Positions 27,121-38,085 of a stretch of DNA of 64,000 nt are shown in pieces. The first letter of the stretch is position 1; each line of letters opens with the position of its first letter. The notes beneath the pieces were generated by a model, which was not told the DNA's origin, made no database searches, and was given only the letters and a program-made list of their open reading frames with translations. This DNA comes from Amphiscolops sp. MND2022 (lineage: Eukaryota): assembly GCA_964187785.1 (NCBI GenBank), contig OZ076409.1, positions 76,696,001 to 76,760,000 on the forward strand, in the 5' to 3' direction. The translations under genes were made by a program, and so were the position numbers.

Positions 27121-28639
27121 TATTTATGATCTCAAAGCAAAACTGATCCACTATTCGGCTATAGATGTTGAGTTTATTTAGTATATGGAAGCAACCATTG
27201 TGAGGCAAAACTTTTAATTGCAATCTTAGTTTCTTTAGTTTCCTATTTTTAAATGTTATCCTGAAACACAAAACTGGTGTTTTAACTATTGAATGATCAT
27301 GAATGTTGTTTTTCTATTGTGTTAGATTTTAGATCAATTGCAAGTCTTCAGACTATGAGTTCTTGTTCGAAAACACTCTGACTTGTTGGTCAATGCTGCT
27401 ATGGTAGCCAAATTTCAATTGCGAAAAATAAAAGGAAGTCATTTTTGAGCGAAAAGGTATCTTCGATTTTGTTTCGCATCAATATTTGCGTGTTTAGAAT
27501 GATTTTTTTCATTGACCCTCAAAAATGGAGATGTAAGTGTAAGCAGTAGCAAAACGAGTATCATACGTAGTTTTTACAACCAAAAGTTATTACATTCTCA
27601 AGGCTTCAATAAAAACGATGGAAATCTCGAAGTAGGGCGAATTTTGTCACCATGTACAAGTTGATTTCAGACAGCCACTGATTTCATTGCACAAATTTTG
27701 TCTCCAAGGAATTTTTTGCAATATTAGCTGCTTTGTTGGTACCACAAGGTATTTTGAAGCAAGAAGGTGCAAGTGCATGGGCAGCTGAAGACTTGATCTG
27801 CTGAAAGATTAAATTTTGCCTCACAACTTTTTTGAGTTGTCGACGAAGCTTCCAACTGTTTGGTTCGTTTGCTTTTCACATCATCACATGAAAGAGGCTA
27901 TTTAGTTTGACAAGTGCTAACAGTTAGTAAGAATCAACATTTAATTTGTTAGAAGTGTAGCTAAAAGATCTAAAATGACTTTGTAATTTGGGCTTGGTAA
28001 ATTGCAATAAACTGTTTTCGGAAATCTTTTTTCTTTTGAGTTACCTATGCTACCATAGTATCTAATCCTCAGTTCTTGTTAGAGGTCATTGTTGTATTTA
28101 GAGGGAGGAGTTCATAGTGTAGGACTCAATTAACACCGTAATGTCTTTTGATCGGAACAGCAGAGAATTGAATTCAAGTTTCCTGTTCTTTGAATATGGT
28201 CTGAGAGCAAGTTGTCAAAAACTATTACGGGTGTTTTGAGTCAGACACTGTTAATATACGGAAATACTGTAGAACTTCTTAAATCCAAAAAAAACTTAAT
28301 GATAGCGTATTCAATTTGTTGCCCTAATGAAGTTTCGAGCGGATTCAATCCTGAAAGAAAGTAAATACAGTAGGCTACCAAAAGTTTACGCGCAACAATT
28401 TCCTTTCGATCAAAGCTGTAAACACGAGACGCCATGTTTGAAATTCGTTCTGACGAAGCTTTTGAACAGATCAGCCAGGTAGAAACAACTAACTAATGGC
28501 AATAGACTTCTTTGAAATTTAATTCCGCCATCGCTTATGCTCGGGCCCCACTTTTACTCAATGGAAAACCTTGGGGTATCTGTATTGTCTTTGTTTGGAA
28601 AACCTTGGGGTATCTGTTTTTGAGACCATTTCAATACAT

Positions 28640-28703
28640 ACAAACCGGGACCGGCCCAAGTCGGCGCCCCGCTCAAGTTTCTCAAATATTTTTCTCAAAT
28701 ATG
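28640..28703 (-). repeat. 3' terminus of a HINE family A element, duplicated at the far side of the pPolB element
   Basis: 28644-28689 is identical to 42163-42208 (46 bp); 28691-28703 (tttctcaaatatg) repeats 42197-42209. Confidence 0.9.
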
Positions 28704-28854
28704 AGTAGTAGTCATAAAAGTAGGAACCCTGGGTCACTTTTGCTCCGTTTTCGTGAATGTGAACTAATTTATACGGGGGGGGATTACCGTGAAATTAAGA
28801 CTGTTGGTGTGGGGATATAACCTTGAAATTCAGACTGGTTTAAATGGGTGTGGC
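28704..28854 (+). repeat. Left terminal inverted repeat
   Basis: AGTAGTAGTCATAAAAGTAGGAACCCTGGG...TAAATGGGTGTGGC is the reverse complement of 42013-42164 except for G8 versus C10 and the terminal base. Confidence 0.95.
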
Positions 28855-29485
28855 TTTATTACTCGCGTCGTGGGTTTTTATGTGTACAGTGCCATTTGTT
28901 ATTTTTACCACTTGCGCTGGGGCGAATTCTCAAGTGGTTCTTGTTTAAAAATCGTAAAGGTTTGACTTGTGTGTCAATAAAGAGGGTGCGCCGCGTCTTC
29001 TCAATATTTTCAATATCAAAGAAGTTATTATCGAGTGACTTCAAGAGCTTGGTTAAATAATTGAGTCAAGATGTTAACTAACGGCGAGAAATTCGTTTCT
29101 GAGGTTAATTTGGAATATAATTTTGAGAAACACTCAATCCATGAAAGGAGGTTTCTGGGTTTCAAAGAGATCTGTAAGTCGCTTCCGCATAAAAAGATAA
29201 CGTAATTTTTCGCTTCGAGGGACTGCCTTCAGACTCTTGTGATGGTGAAAATAAAGTGTTAACTCAATCCACGCGGGGGACATAAATTCGAGAGTAATCG
29301 TGACATCGCCACCACTTTCGGTTAAAGTTAATAAAAGTAGATCCTTTTCATGAATCTCTACAGCTATTATAGTGAAGATTTTCTTCAAGTATAGTGAAAA
29401 CCACTTCAAGTTATGGAATTGCATCTGAATTCTTTGGTAAAATGTATAACAATTAATACTGTTTCCACCCTAGCACTCCCTTAAT

Positions 29486-30071
29486 ATGAGTTTTAGCAAA
29501 CATTTCCGTACTTCAAATACTATGATTTATGGAGTTGTGATTAAATGATACGGGAAGCTACACTCCAGGAGTTGATTGTTTCAATATATGTTCAAAAGCC
29601 AAGTGAAAACTTCAGGTTGTTATATCTAGTTATTACAAGAAGTGATATGTATACTTTTTCATTAACAACAAAATTACAGGTATCTTATTATATACCAACG
29701 AACAGACAGTGACAATTTCAAAGAATGCCTCGAACAATTTAAGAGTAACTTTTGGATTCCAGTGGTGGTTAATTGATGTTTCTGAATTGTTTCCAAACAA
29801 AACAGGTAATTTGAAAGAACGATTTTTTTAAAATCTAATATTTCATTAAATTTCAACATGTTTAAGGTGCAAAACTTAAATGGACTATGGTGGAAAATGT
29901 AACAACAGGACAACCAATAAACCCTCTTTATACAGCGTATTTGTTTCCGATAATGACGGTTTTGCTGACGAGTTGAAAGAATTGAGTGATCTAATTGCAA
30001 TAATCTGTCAGAATAGTTATGGACTTTGTTGTATGAATAATCAAAGATGGAATGTTTCAAATTTGAAATGA
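29486..30071 (+). pseudogene. Probable degenerate or complexly spliced paralogue of the 30363-30947 orphan gene
   Basis: MIREATLQELIVSIYVQKPSENFR|YLIIY (GT-AG intron 29616-29679, phase 2) aligns without gaps to LTRKTTLLEVKETIEATTIDSDIK|YYIIF. The C-terminal TTNKPSLYSV...SYGL aligns to TTVTPIQYYV...EYGI (10/39 identical, no gaps). I could not build one continuous frame. Confidence 0.45.
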
Positions 30072-30362
30072 ATACCCAAGAATACTAACAAAAGAAATTA
30101 TTCACAGTTTGTTATTGAAGGTTATAGAAATTGATGATATCTGAGAGAATATTACAAGTTGTGCTTGATTGAAAGAAAAGACTAACACTGAAATATGGCC
30201 AATAGAAAGGTGTTGTCTAACAAATATTCCAGTCATTGTAATTTTTCCCCTATACCATTTCAAGAAAGCCAACCAACTATCAGATTCACTTTATTGTTAC
30301 CTAGACCGTTCTTCTTCTTCGGAAAATCCGGTTTTATTTCAAAATCTTCGAAACGCTTCAAA

Positions 30363-30947
30363 ATGACGTTTACAAGCAACAACACAAAACTGTTTGGTCA
30401 ATACCTAGTTCAAGACGAGATGGTAATGGTGGAGGGAAATATCGATGGTGGTTTAACAAGGAAGACCACACTTTTGGAAGTAAAAGAAACTATAGAAGCA
30501 ACGACTATTGACTCAGATATCAAGTAAGTAAAAAACTCGATTTTTTAAACTGTTTCAAGTATCTCACCCAAGTCGCAATTTGTCTTTTACATATGTTGCT
30601 TCAGGTACTACATAATTTTTTTATATGGATCCTGCAGTTTTTATTCCCGATACTTTCAAGAAATTGCCAGAAAATCGAATAGTGGAGCCTTCGTTTGGAC
30701 AGTGACAATTCAAGAGCAACTCAAACGTTTTTTCTCATCCGCCCCTCCTGTTAAAGCAAAATTCGATTTTGTTGTCCCAAGATTGAACTCATCAACGACA
30801 GTAACCCCAATCCAATATTATGTGGATGGAGACAACTTACAAGGACACGAACAAGCTCTTTGGAGCCTATGTTTCCAGTTGGTAGAGAATGTAAAAAGTG
30901 AATATGGAATAATCATCTATGCCATGAAGCTTGCCCTAATTACTTGA
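30363..30947 (+). CDS. Two-exon orphan protein inside the pPolB element (an alternative upstream start lies at 30195)
   Basis: Donor AA|GTAAGT at 30524 and acceptor TTCAG| at 30604 (or CTGCAG| at 30637, same frame) join ORF 30195-30527 in frame to the stop-free stretch that runs into ORF 30702-30947. AATAAA at 31031. Confidence 0.65.
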
Positions 30948-31649
30948 ACTCCTTGAGCGTTTCCTAAAGCATGTGTTAGATGCTTCGAAAAAATGAATCA
31001 AAAGTCTATGCCTTTGATTGGTTTTAGTGTAATAAAGCTTTCGTTCCAATTCAATCGTGAAACAAAGTGTTGAAATTCAATAATTTATGATTTATAACTA
31101 ACGAAGGTATGTTGTCAATGACTTTGTTTATAACCTTCACGAGCAAATCATGAAACTAATCAATCAAGACTCAATATTTGAATTGAATATCGCTTCTATT
31201 TCGTTTTCTATTTCAAAAGAAGATTACTTTCCTGAGGTTAAAGATTATAAGAATAACTATGAACATGAGTAATGTCTTGAGACTCAAAGTTAAATCGAAA
31301 TTCACTACGTGTTTTGTATCTTTCTAAGGTCCAGAGAAAAACAACTTCTTGAGTTTAAGAAAAACGTCACCTTAACTGAAACTTGCTAGTCATCTAGACC
31401 TTTTCAAGAGGTCACTTTCTGTGGTCAAAAATAGCTTAACTATAACTACAACTAAAACTATACCTAAACAAATAACAAATAATTTATATATGACTTCCCT
31501 AGTATTTAATTTTCAGTAGAAACAACTTCTCTGAGGTCAAGAACAGAATTTTTCGGAAAAACTACAAGAAATTCACAGAATGACTTGAAACATGAATGAT
31601 TGTAAACTCCATGTGATTAAGATCGCAGCAGGGAAACATATTTAATATT

Positions 31650-31784
31650 GCGACCAATAGGAAGTGGCTATCCCAACTTTCCAACATTTTGACCAATACC
31701 TAATGAATTTTTCTGAAAAACAGACTGAAAACTTTTGTTGCAAATACAAGTTGTATATTCTACCCTTCCAGTCGCTCCTCCATT
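31650..31784 (+). promoter_or_regulatory. Putative Pol II promoter of the pPolB gene
   Basis: Two GACCAATA (CCAAT) boxes at 31654 and 31693, upstream of the ATG at 31785; motif evidence only. Confidence 0.3.
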
Positions 31785-34700
31785 ATGGACAGAAAATTTT
31801 GTTGTGAAACTTGCTTAAAATGTTACAAACACAAGCGAAATCTGAACAGACACGTACGCCAAAAACACAGAGATCATTCGAACGACCGTGAGTCAAATTC
31901 TCAAACCAACTCAGAAACAACAAGAGAGAACACAACTGACAGCGATGATTATGATTTTGAAGAGAATACCACACGAAATTACTTGAAAGTTATCTCTTTT
32001 AAACCAAAAAATACAATCCTCGATCCCATTGTTTTCCTAAATAACTTCTATCCGGACCTCTATTCATTAATTATCAAAAACTTACAAGAGGCAACTAGTT
32101 TGAAAATCCAATTATCCTTGTGTGTTTTATTATTCAAACCAACTACTGAATTGGAAATTGAGACTTGTTTCAACTCAAAAATGCAAGCTGTTTATTCAGA
32201 GGGTCTCTCGAGAGAAACATTCGACCAAATTAAAAATCACATTCTGAAACAGTTTGAAAACTTCTGTCAGCATGGCTCTGGATGGAGTGTTAAGAAGATT
32301 TTGAAATTGAGTATTAATTTCGCTCGAAACAAGCCCATCAGAGCTGGAAGCTTTATACCAACACCAACCAAGTTTTCAAACAATAACTTCTTGCTTAATA
32401 TCCGAACAATCAAGGCAAATAATTGTTTTGAGCTTTGTATTCTCGCAGCAAGACATTATCGCGATATAAAAAACAAGAAGAGTCGTCCTAGCACATATGA
32501 AAAGTTTCAAAAATTTGACTTATGTGACGCGGAGAATCCTGTGACAATTAAAGACATTGGCAGGATTGAAGGAGCTAATGATTTATCAATTAATGTTTTT
32601 GCTCTGGATAAGGAAATTTATCCTATTCGTATTTCCAACAAAAATGGATTTCCGGTGGATTTATTGCTACTTGAGGACGATGGTCGTTATCACTACTGTT
32701 TAATTACAAATTTCAATGGGTTTATGCGAAGAGAAACAAAGAAAAAGAATCAATTTTACTGTCGACGTTGTTTGACTGGAAGTTCAAGCTTGAGTCGCTT
32801 CAAGAATCATCAACTCATGTGTTCTGAACAACCTTGCCGAATAAAGATGAAACAAAATGGTAAGATGGCTTGGAAAAGTTTTGCAGCAAGAATGCGAGCC
32901 CCGTTTGTTATTTATGCAGACATAGAGGCCATCACACCAAAAATTACCTACACACCCAACCAATTACATGCACGAAAAGTTGAAAAACAAATACCTTGTG
33001 GCATTCATGCAATATGCTTAAATGAAAAAGGGAAACTGATAAAGCAATATTCCAGTCGGAGTGAGGGGTGTGTCACAGGTTTTTTGGACACGGTTCGAAA
33101 TTGGGCTAAAGAAATATATCGAGACAAGAGAAGATTTTCTTTTTACCAAAAGAAAACCAGTGATTTTACAAAGTTGAGAGATGCTGTTGATTGTTCTATT
33201 TGTGACGAAACACTCGGAAACGACAGGGTTTTTGAGCATAATCATGTTACCGGTAAACTGCGAGGCATAGCCCATAGTAAATGTAACATATCATGCAGAA
33301 CACCAAATTTCACTCCAGTTATTTTTCACAATGGCTCAAAGTATGATTTTAAGCAACTTCTGAGGTATTATCGACCTGGAGACGGTAACGAAAAACTAGA
33401 GTGCATTGCAAACAACTCTGAAGAATTCATCAGCTTTTCAATTTGTGTACCAACAGGGTCTTTCCAGAATGACCAAAATCAAAAGGTAATTACATTTGAA
33501 AAGCTCAAGTTTATTGATAGTTTCCGATTCCAAGCAAAGTCATTGAGCAGCCTTATTGAAACAATGAAGACTGATAATGTTCCCTTTACTACCTTCAAAG
33601 AAGGTTTCAGTCATTTCTCACAAGATCAGCAAAATCTAATTCTTCAGAAAGGAGTTTACCCTTATAGCTATATGGACTCATTTGACAAGTTCCAAGAAAC
33701 CGAACTTCCCCCCATCTGGATTGACACTTTATCCAATGAACCGATATCAGATCAAGACTACCAGCACGCTAAAAAGGTGTGGCAATGCCTAGGTATAAAA
33801 AATCTGGGGGAATATCATGATATTTATCTTCAAGTTGATGTTTACACCCTAGCCGACGTATTTGAGAACTTTCGACAACTGGCTTACAGCAATTTTGGTC
33901 TGGACCCAGCACACTTTCTTACAGCTCCTCATTTTGCATGGGAAGCAATGCTCAAAACAACAAAGGTTGAATTGGATTTACTATCAGAAAAAGACCATCT
34001 TGATATTGTGAAGAGAGGAATCAGGGGTGGAATATGTGGTGTTTTTCACAGTAGATTTTTCAAAGCGAATAATCCACAATGTGAAAATTATAACGCAACA
34101 GAGCCAAAAACCTGGATGATTTTATTAGACGCTAATAATCTCTATGGAGGAGTAATGCGTGAAAGTTTACCCATTGGCAACTTTTCAGAAACAACGGATT
34201 CTCTTGCAACTGTATTAGCAACTGCTGACGATGCTGAATTTGGATTTTTCGTTGTTGTTGATTTGGAATATCCAAAAGAATTACATGATCAACACAATGA
34301 TTATCCATTGGCACCAGAGCATTTAAAAATAACAAAAGAAATGCTCTCACCTTCACAAGCACGAGAAAAGTGTGAATCAGGGGAAACATTCAAGCTTTTG
34401 CAAACATTTAACACAAAGGAATATTACGTGTGCCACTACAGGATTTTGAAATTTTACGTTTCTCATGGGTTACAAGTGGTAAAAGTTCATAAAGTTATCA
34501 AATTTAGGCAGAGCAAATGGATGAAATGCTATATTGACATCAACACAGAAATTCGGCGTAAAGCAAAAACTGATTGTTTGAAAGATCTCGGAAAATTGTT
34601 AAACAATTCAGTTTTTGGGAAATCCATGGAAGATTTGACGAATCGTCAAAATATAAAGCTTTTCACAGATGACACCCATTGTGAAAAGTTTATTAGCAAA

Positions 34701-35585
34701 CCCAACTTCAAATCTTTTAAAATTTTTCAACCGAATCTATGTGCTTTGATTATGGGTAAGTCGATAGTAACCTGGAACAAACCTACATACATTGGAGCTA
34801 CAGTTTTGGATTTGTCCAAGTTGGTTATGTACAAATTTCTCTACCAAACAATAAAACCAACTTATGGGGACAAGGCGAAACTTCTCTACTCAGACACAGA
34901 CTCGCTTTTGTTAGCAATTGAGACGGAAAATTTGTACGAAGACTTTCAAAAAATCCAGGACGAGTTTGACTTTTCAGATTATCCAAACGATCACCCTTTG
35001 CACTGCGATAAAAACAAGAAAGTAGTACTGAAGATGAAAGACGAGATGAATAGTGGAATCATCAGCGAGTATGTCGGACTGAGAGCAAAAATGTACAGCA
35101 TCAAATCATCAGTAAAATCCAAAAAGTGTGCAAAAGGTGTTACGAAGATAGTACAGAAAGCTCTCCATCACGATCTATACAAAAGAGTCCTGTCTGAAAA
35201 GCTAACGATCAAAGAGAAAATGCGAACAATCAAGTCTCACAACTTGGAGCTTTTTGTTGAGGAATGCAACAAAATTGTTTTGAACAGTGCTGATAACAAG
35301 CGATACATTGAAGAAGATGTGAATGAAACCCTAGCTTTTGGGCATTATGAAATACCCCACTCATCGCCAAAAAGTATATTGCCAGAGATTTTAGTTGATC
35401 CAACGATATCAATGGACGAGAAGCACTTTGTTGTGTCATATAAAAGAAGCACAGAGAGCGAGAAAGAAGATATACCTGACCCAGGTTTCCTATCGTCTGA
35501 CACGCCCGACGACGAACAAGTGTACTCACCGCCAAAACGAGCGCGAAAAAACCCATTCATCATGTTTGAAGCTCAAGAAGCCTAA
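31785..35585 (+). CDS. pPolB: Protein-primed family B DNA polymerase polyprotein (Polinton/adintovirus type): C2H2 finger, terminal-protein-like region, OTU-like protease motifs, 3'-5' exonuclease with an inserted EndoVII/HNH-like module, polymerase
   Basis: Uninterrupted 1266 aa. ExoI YADIEA, ExoII FHNGSKYDF, FIDSF, KGVYPY, ExoIII YLQVDV, motif A LDANNLYG, motif B KLLNNSVFGK, motif C YSDTDS, KMY, AKGV. Also CETC-x12-H-x4-H, NNCF...HYCLI, CSIC...EHNHVTGKLRGIAHSKCN and C-terminal PPKRARK. AATAAA at 35733. Confidence 0.95.
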   Translation: MDRKFCCETCLKCYKHKRNLNRHVRQKHRDHSNDRESNSQTNSETTRENTTDSDDYDFEENTTRNYLKVISFKPKNTILDPIVFLNNFYPDLYSLIIKNLQEATSLKIQLSLCVLLFKPTTELEIETCFNSKMQAVYSEGLSRETFDQIKNHILKQFENFCQHGSGWSVKKILKLSINFARNKPIRAGSFIPTPTKFSNNNFLLNIRTIKANNCFELCILAARHYRDIKNKKSRPSTYEKFQKFDLCDAENPVTIKDIGRIEGANDLSINVFALDKEIYPIRISNKNGFPVDLLLLEDDGRYHYCLITNFNGFMRRETKKKNQFYCRRCLTGSSSLSRFKNHQLMCSEQPCRIKMKQNGKMAWKSFAARMRAPFVIYADIEAITPKITYTPNQLHARKVEKQIPCGIHAICLNEKGKLIKQYSSRSEGCVTGFLDTVRNWAKEIYRDKRRFSFYQKKTSDFTKLRDAVDCSICDETLGNDRVFEHNHVTGKLRGIAHSKCNISCRTPNFTPVIFHNGSKYDFKQLLRYYRPGDGNEKLECIANNSEEFISFSICVPTGSFQNDQNQKVITFEKLKFIDSFRFQAKSLSSLIETMKTDNVPFTTFKEGFSHFSQDQQNLILQKGVYPYSYMDSFDKFQETELPPIWIDTLSNEPISDQDYQHAKKVWQCLGIKNLGEYHDIYLQVDVYTLADVFENFRQLAYSNFGLDPAHFLTAPHFAWEAMLKTTKVELDLLSEKDHLDIVKRGIRGGICGVFHSRFFKANNPQCENYNATEPKTWMILLDANNLYGGVMRESLPIGNFSETTDSLATVLATADDAEFGFFVVVDLEYPKELHDQHNDYPLAPEHLKITKEMLSPSQAREKCESGETFKLLQTFNTKEYYVCHYRILKFYVSHGLQVVKVHKVIKFRQSKWMKCYIDINTEIRRKAKTDCLKDLGKLLNNSVFGKSMEDLTNRQNIKLFTDDTHCEKFISKPNFKSFKIFQPNLCALIMGKSIVTWNKPTYIGATVLDLSKLVMYKFLYQTIKPTYGDKAKLLYSDTDSLLLAIETENLYEDFQKIQDEFDFSDYPNDHPLHCDKNKKVVLKMKDEMNSGIISEYVGLRAKMYSIKSSVKSKKCAKGVTKIVQKALHHDLYKRVLSEKLTIKEKMRTIKSHNLELFVEECNKIVLNSADNKRYIEEDVNETLAFGHYEIPHSSPKSILPEILVDPTISMDEKHFVVSYKRSTESEKEDIPDPGFLSSDTPDDEQVYSPPKRARKNPFIMFEAQEA

Positions 35586-37230
35586 CTTTTTAATTTATTT
35601 TATGAAACTTAAACTTTAATGTCTGGCCAATTTAGTATTCCTTTATTACTTTTCAAAACCGAAAGACTACAAGAAGTAAATTTAACTTCCGATGCTAATT
35701 ACATTAAACTTCATTACTGTCTAAAATTGATGAATAAAAACTATTAAAACAAGCAACATAATATATTAAGTGGAATCCACACACACGCATACTTTTTCGA
35801 GACAATCTTTGTAATCAGTTCATAGGTTGTTGGTCTTGTCACTCGAAAATATTGTTGAAAACTCTAGAAATCAGGATTATCTTGAACATTTTTTTGAGCA
35901 TCTCTATCAACGCAATTTGAAAACTTTTTGAAACCTTCATCTTGTAAAACTACTGATAGTTTTTAAAATTTTATTGTATTGTAGTGTGAAAATTGAATGT
36001 TGCTGCAATTCAAAATGTATACGAGAATACCATCCAATTCTCAGATTTTCGACAGTCAAGAGTGGTGTCAATCAAAATTGGTGTGGAACTCGTTCAGGAA
36101 AACATTAGAAGGTTGTGACCGTGGTGGGTTTACAAAAAAATAGGAAAACTGTCGTTTGAAATTTTTTTCATCGAATCGTACTTATTTATTTTGGAAATGA
36201 CAACTGAGGGAAACAAGGTGAACCCATGATCTTATTGACAAATTGTTTTGCCAGTTAAGAGTCAATCTCAGAGATTGATGTATCCAGTTGAAAACAACAA
36301 CAACAAAAAGACCTAATGTTGCTAACGGATTATTACTACCAAAAAGATAACATACTTCCTTCACGTCTTAGAGTCAGTACCGAAAGAAATCACAAGTACA
36401 CTGCATAATGGATAATTTTTGAAAATCAAAATCAATGCTTCAAACATAAACATCAAAATAGAGCAATTTCAAAATAAATAGTTGAACGAGTGTTTACATT
36501 AGACAGGCATTTGAAAGGATTTCAGATGAACATCAGTTGGAAAGATGTGTATCCATTGAGTCCAATGTTTCCAAACCACTTTCAGGCGAGAAAATCTCTA
36601 ACTAGCAATGCTGTTTTTTTTCACTTCTTCTCTGAAATAAAACGTTGCAAATCAAAGTCAAGAAGGCTTATAGGTGAACTGCCAACTACTTGAAGTGCTG
36701 TTTCAACGTTACCTAACAATTAATAAGTCAAAACCTAATGACTATTTTGATACCTTTTACAACTACCAGTAATTATCAGATATTCAGTTCGTTCGAGGTA
36801 AATATTACCAGTTGAAGAAAAGACTGTTATCAGATTGATTAGAAAATGTAATTCAGAACGTTTTTCAAAATGTTTTTCAAACAAATTGAAACAATACCTG
36901 AGATAGAAAACTCGACATAATTCACTCCAACGCAATACAACAATTATTACAGCGAGATATTAGCATCACATCCTGGAGAGGGAGGGCTGAATTTTTCTAG
37001 TTGAAGTACAATTCAACAGAAACCAGACAGAGGACTACTCGTTCCTGTAGAGCGAAGGGTCCTTGAATTCTTTGTATAGTCCATCGAATTTCGAAACGAC
37101 AGTTGTACAATAAGTCCTAGAAATTTTGAAACGGAAACAAGAAGACTGTAAGAAGCTCCAAAAAAAGAGCTAAAGTATACAGGTCGTATTACTTTGAAAA
37201 TACGACCTTGGCTGTATTCTCGTTTATAAA

Positions 37231-37402
37231 GTGTCTACCGGAGTCTCTTTGGTTAATCTCAACCCAACAATGGAGAGTAGAATTTGCTCAATCTACCTGC
37301 TCCAAGAGAGGTTAACCAATACTAAGACCCCAGTAGACACTCGTACTGTGCAGGCTGGGTTAGGCCCGTCTTACCCAGTACATTGTGTCTACATCATGGG
37401 AG
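37231..37402 (+). repeat. Structured direct repeat, copy 1 (candidate ncRNA or cis-element)
   Basis: Core 37292-37392 is identical to 38146-38246 (101 bp) and has extensive internal complementarity. Confidence 0.85.
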
Positions 37403-37595
37403 TAGTGAAATTACCAAATAGCAAATGAGAGGAAGACAAAATTTGCACAAGGAATCGGAAGAAAAATCGACAAAAACGGAAGTATACTAAACAAAACCAT
37501 TTTATGCGACAAAGACAAACTATTCACCAAAATGTCACAAATAAACAATATTTTTTTCAATCGAACTTAGAAGATCCCTTAAAATATTATTCAAA

Positions 37596-37877
37596 ACATT
37601 TAAAAAACAAAAATGGTGGATATAATCAACAATTTTTCAAACCGACAGAACTTATCCCCTATGGAAGTACACTAAAGTAAGCCATTTTGAGGTAAAGACA
37701 TTTAAAAAGCAAAAATGCTGGATATAATCAACAATTTTTCAAACCGACAGAAGTTGTCCCCATGAAAGTACACTAAAGTAAGTCATTTTGAGAGTTAAAG
37801 ACAAATAAAACACTAAAATGCTGGACATAATCAACAATTTTTCAAACCGACAGAACTTATCCCCTATGGAAGTACAA
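37596..37877. repeat. Tandem array of ~2.7 copies of a 102-103-bp unit
   Basis: Units start at 37596, 37698 and 37801 and share ataatcaacaatttttcaaaccgacagaa. Confidence 0.9.
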
Positions 37878-38085
37878 CAGGACATATGATTTCAAAGAAA
37901 CAATTTTCAAAATCTCAAGCTCTCCACTACCAAAAAAAAAGACATTTCATGCCACGTAGAGAAATTGCATAATTTACATGTGATACCGCCATATAGTCTG
38001 TGTAGAGGTATTTAAACTGAAGAGGAAGAAAAGTAAAGATTTGAATCGAATCGAATCGAATCAGTACTTGTGCAGGAGATTTCGA

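Noticed and set aside
28562..28617. 22-bp direct repeat tggaaaaccttggggtatctgt near the left junction as a candidate TSD
   Set aside because: Both copies are on the same side of the element; a local tandem duplication.
25939..28704. Functional link between MARCH5 (a MAVS regulator in vertebrates) and the adjacent virus-like element
   Set aside because: MARCH5 lies outside the TIRs; proximity alone gives no evidence of a link.
28512..28820. ORFs spanning the TIR junctions (28512-28820 +, 42004-42399 -) sharing SSHKSRNPGSLLLRFRECELIYTGG
   Set aside because: The shared peptide is just the TIR translated twice; the ORFs cross the element/host boundary and show no protein features.
33018..35619. 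Antisense and overlapping ORFs within pPolB
   Set aside because: Short shadow ORFs of a long coding sequence with no independent signals.
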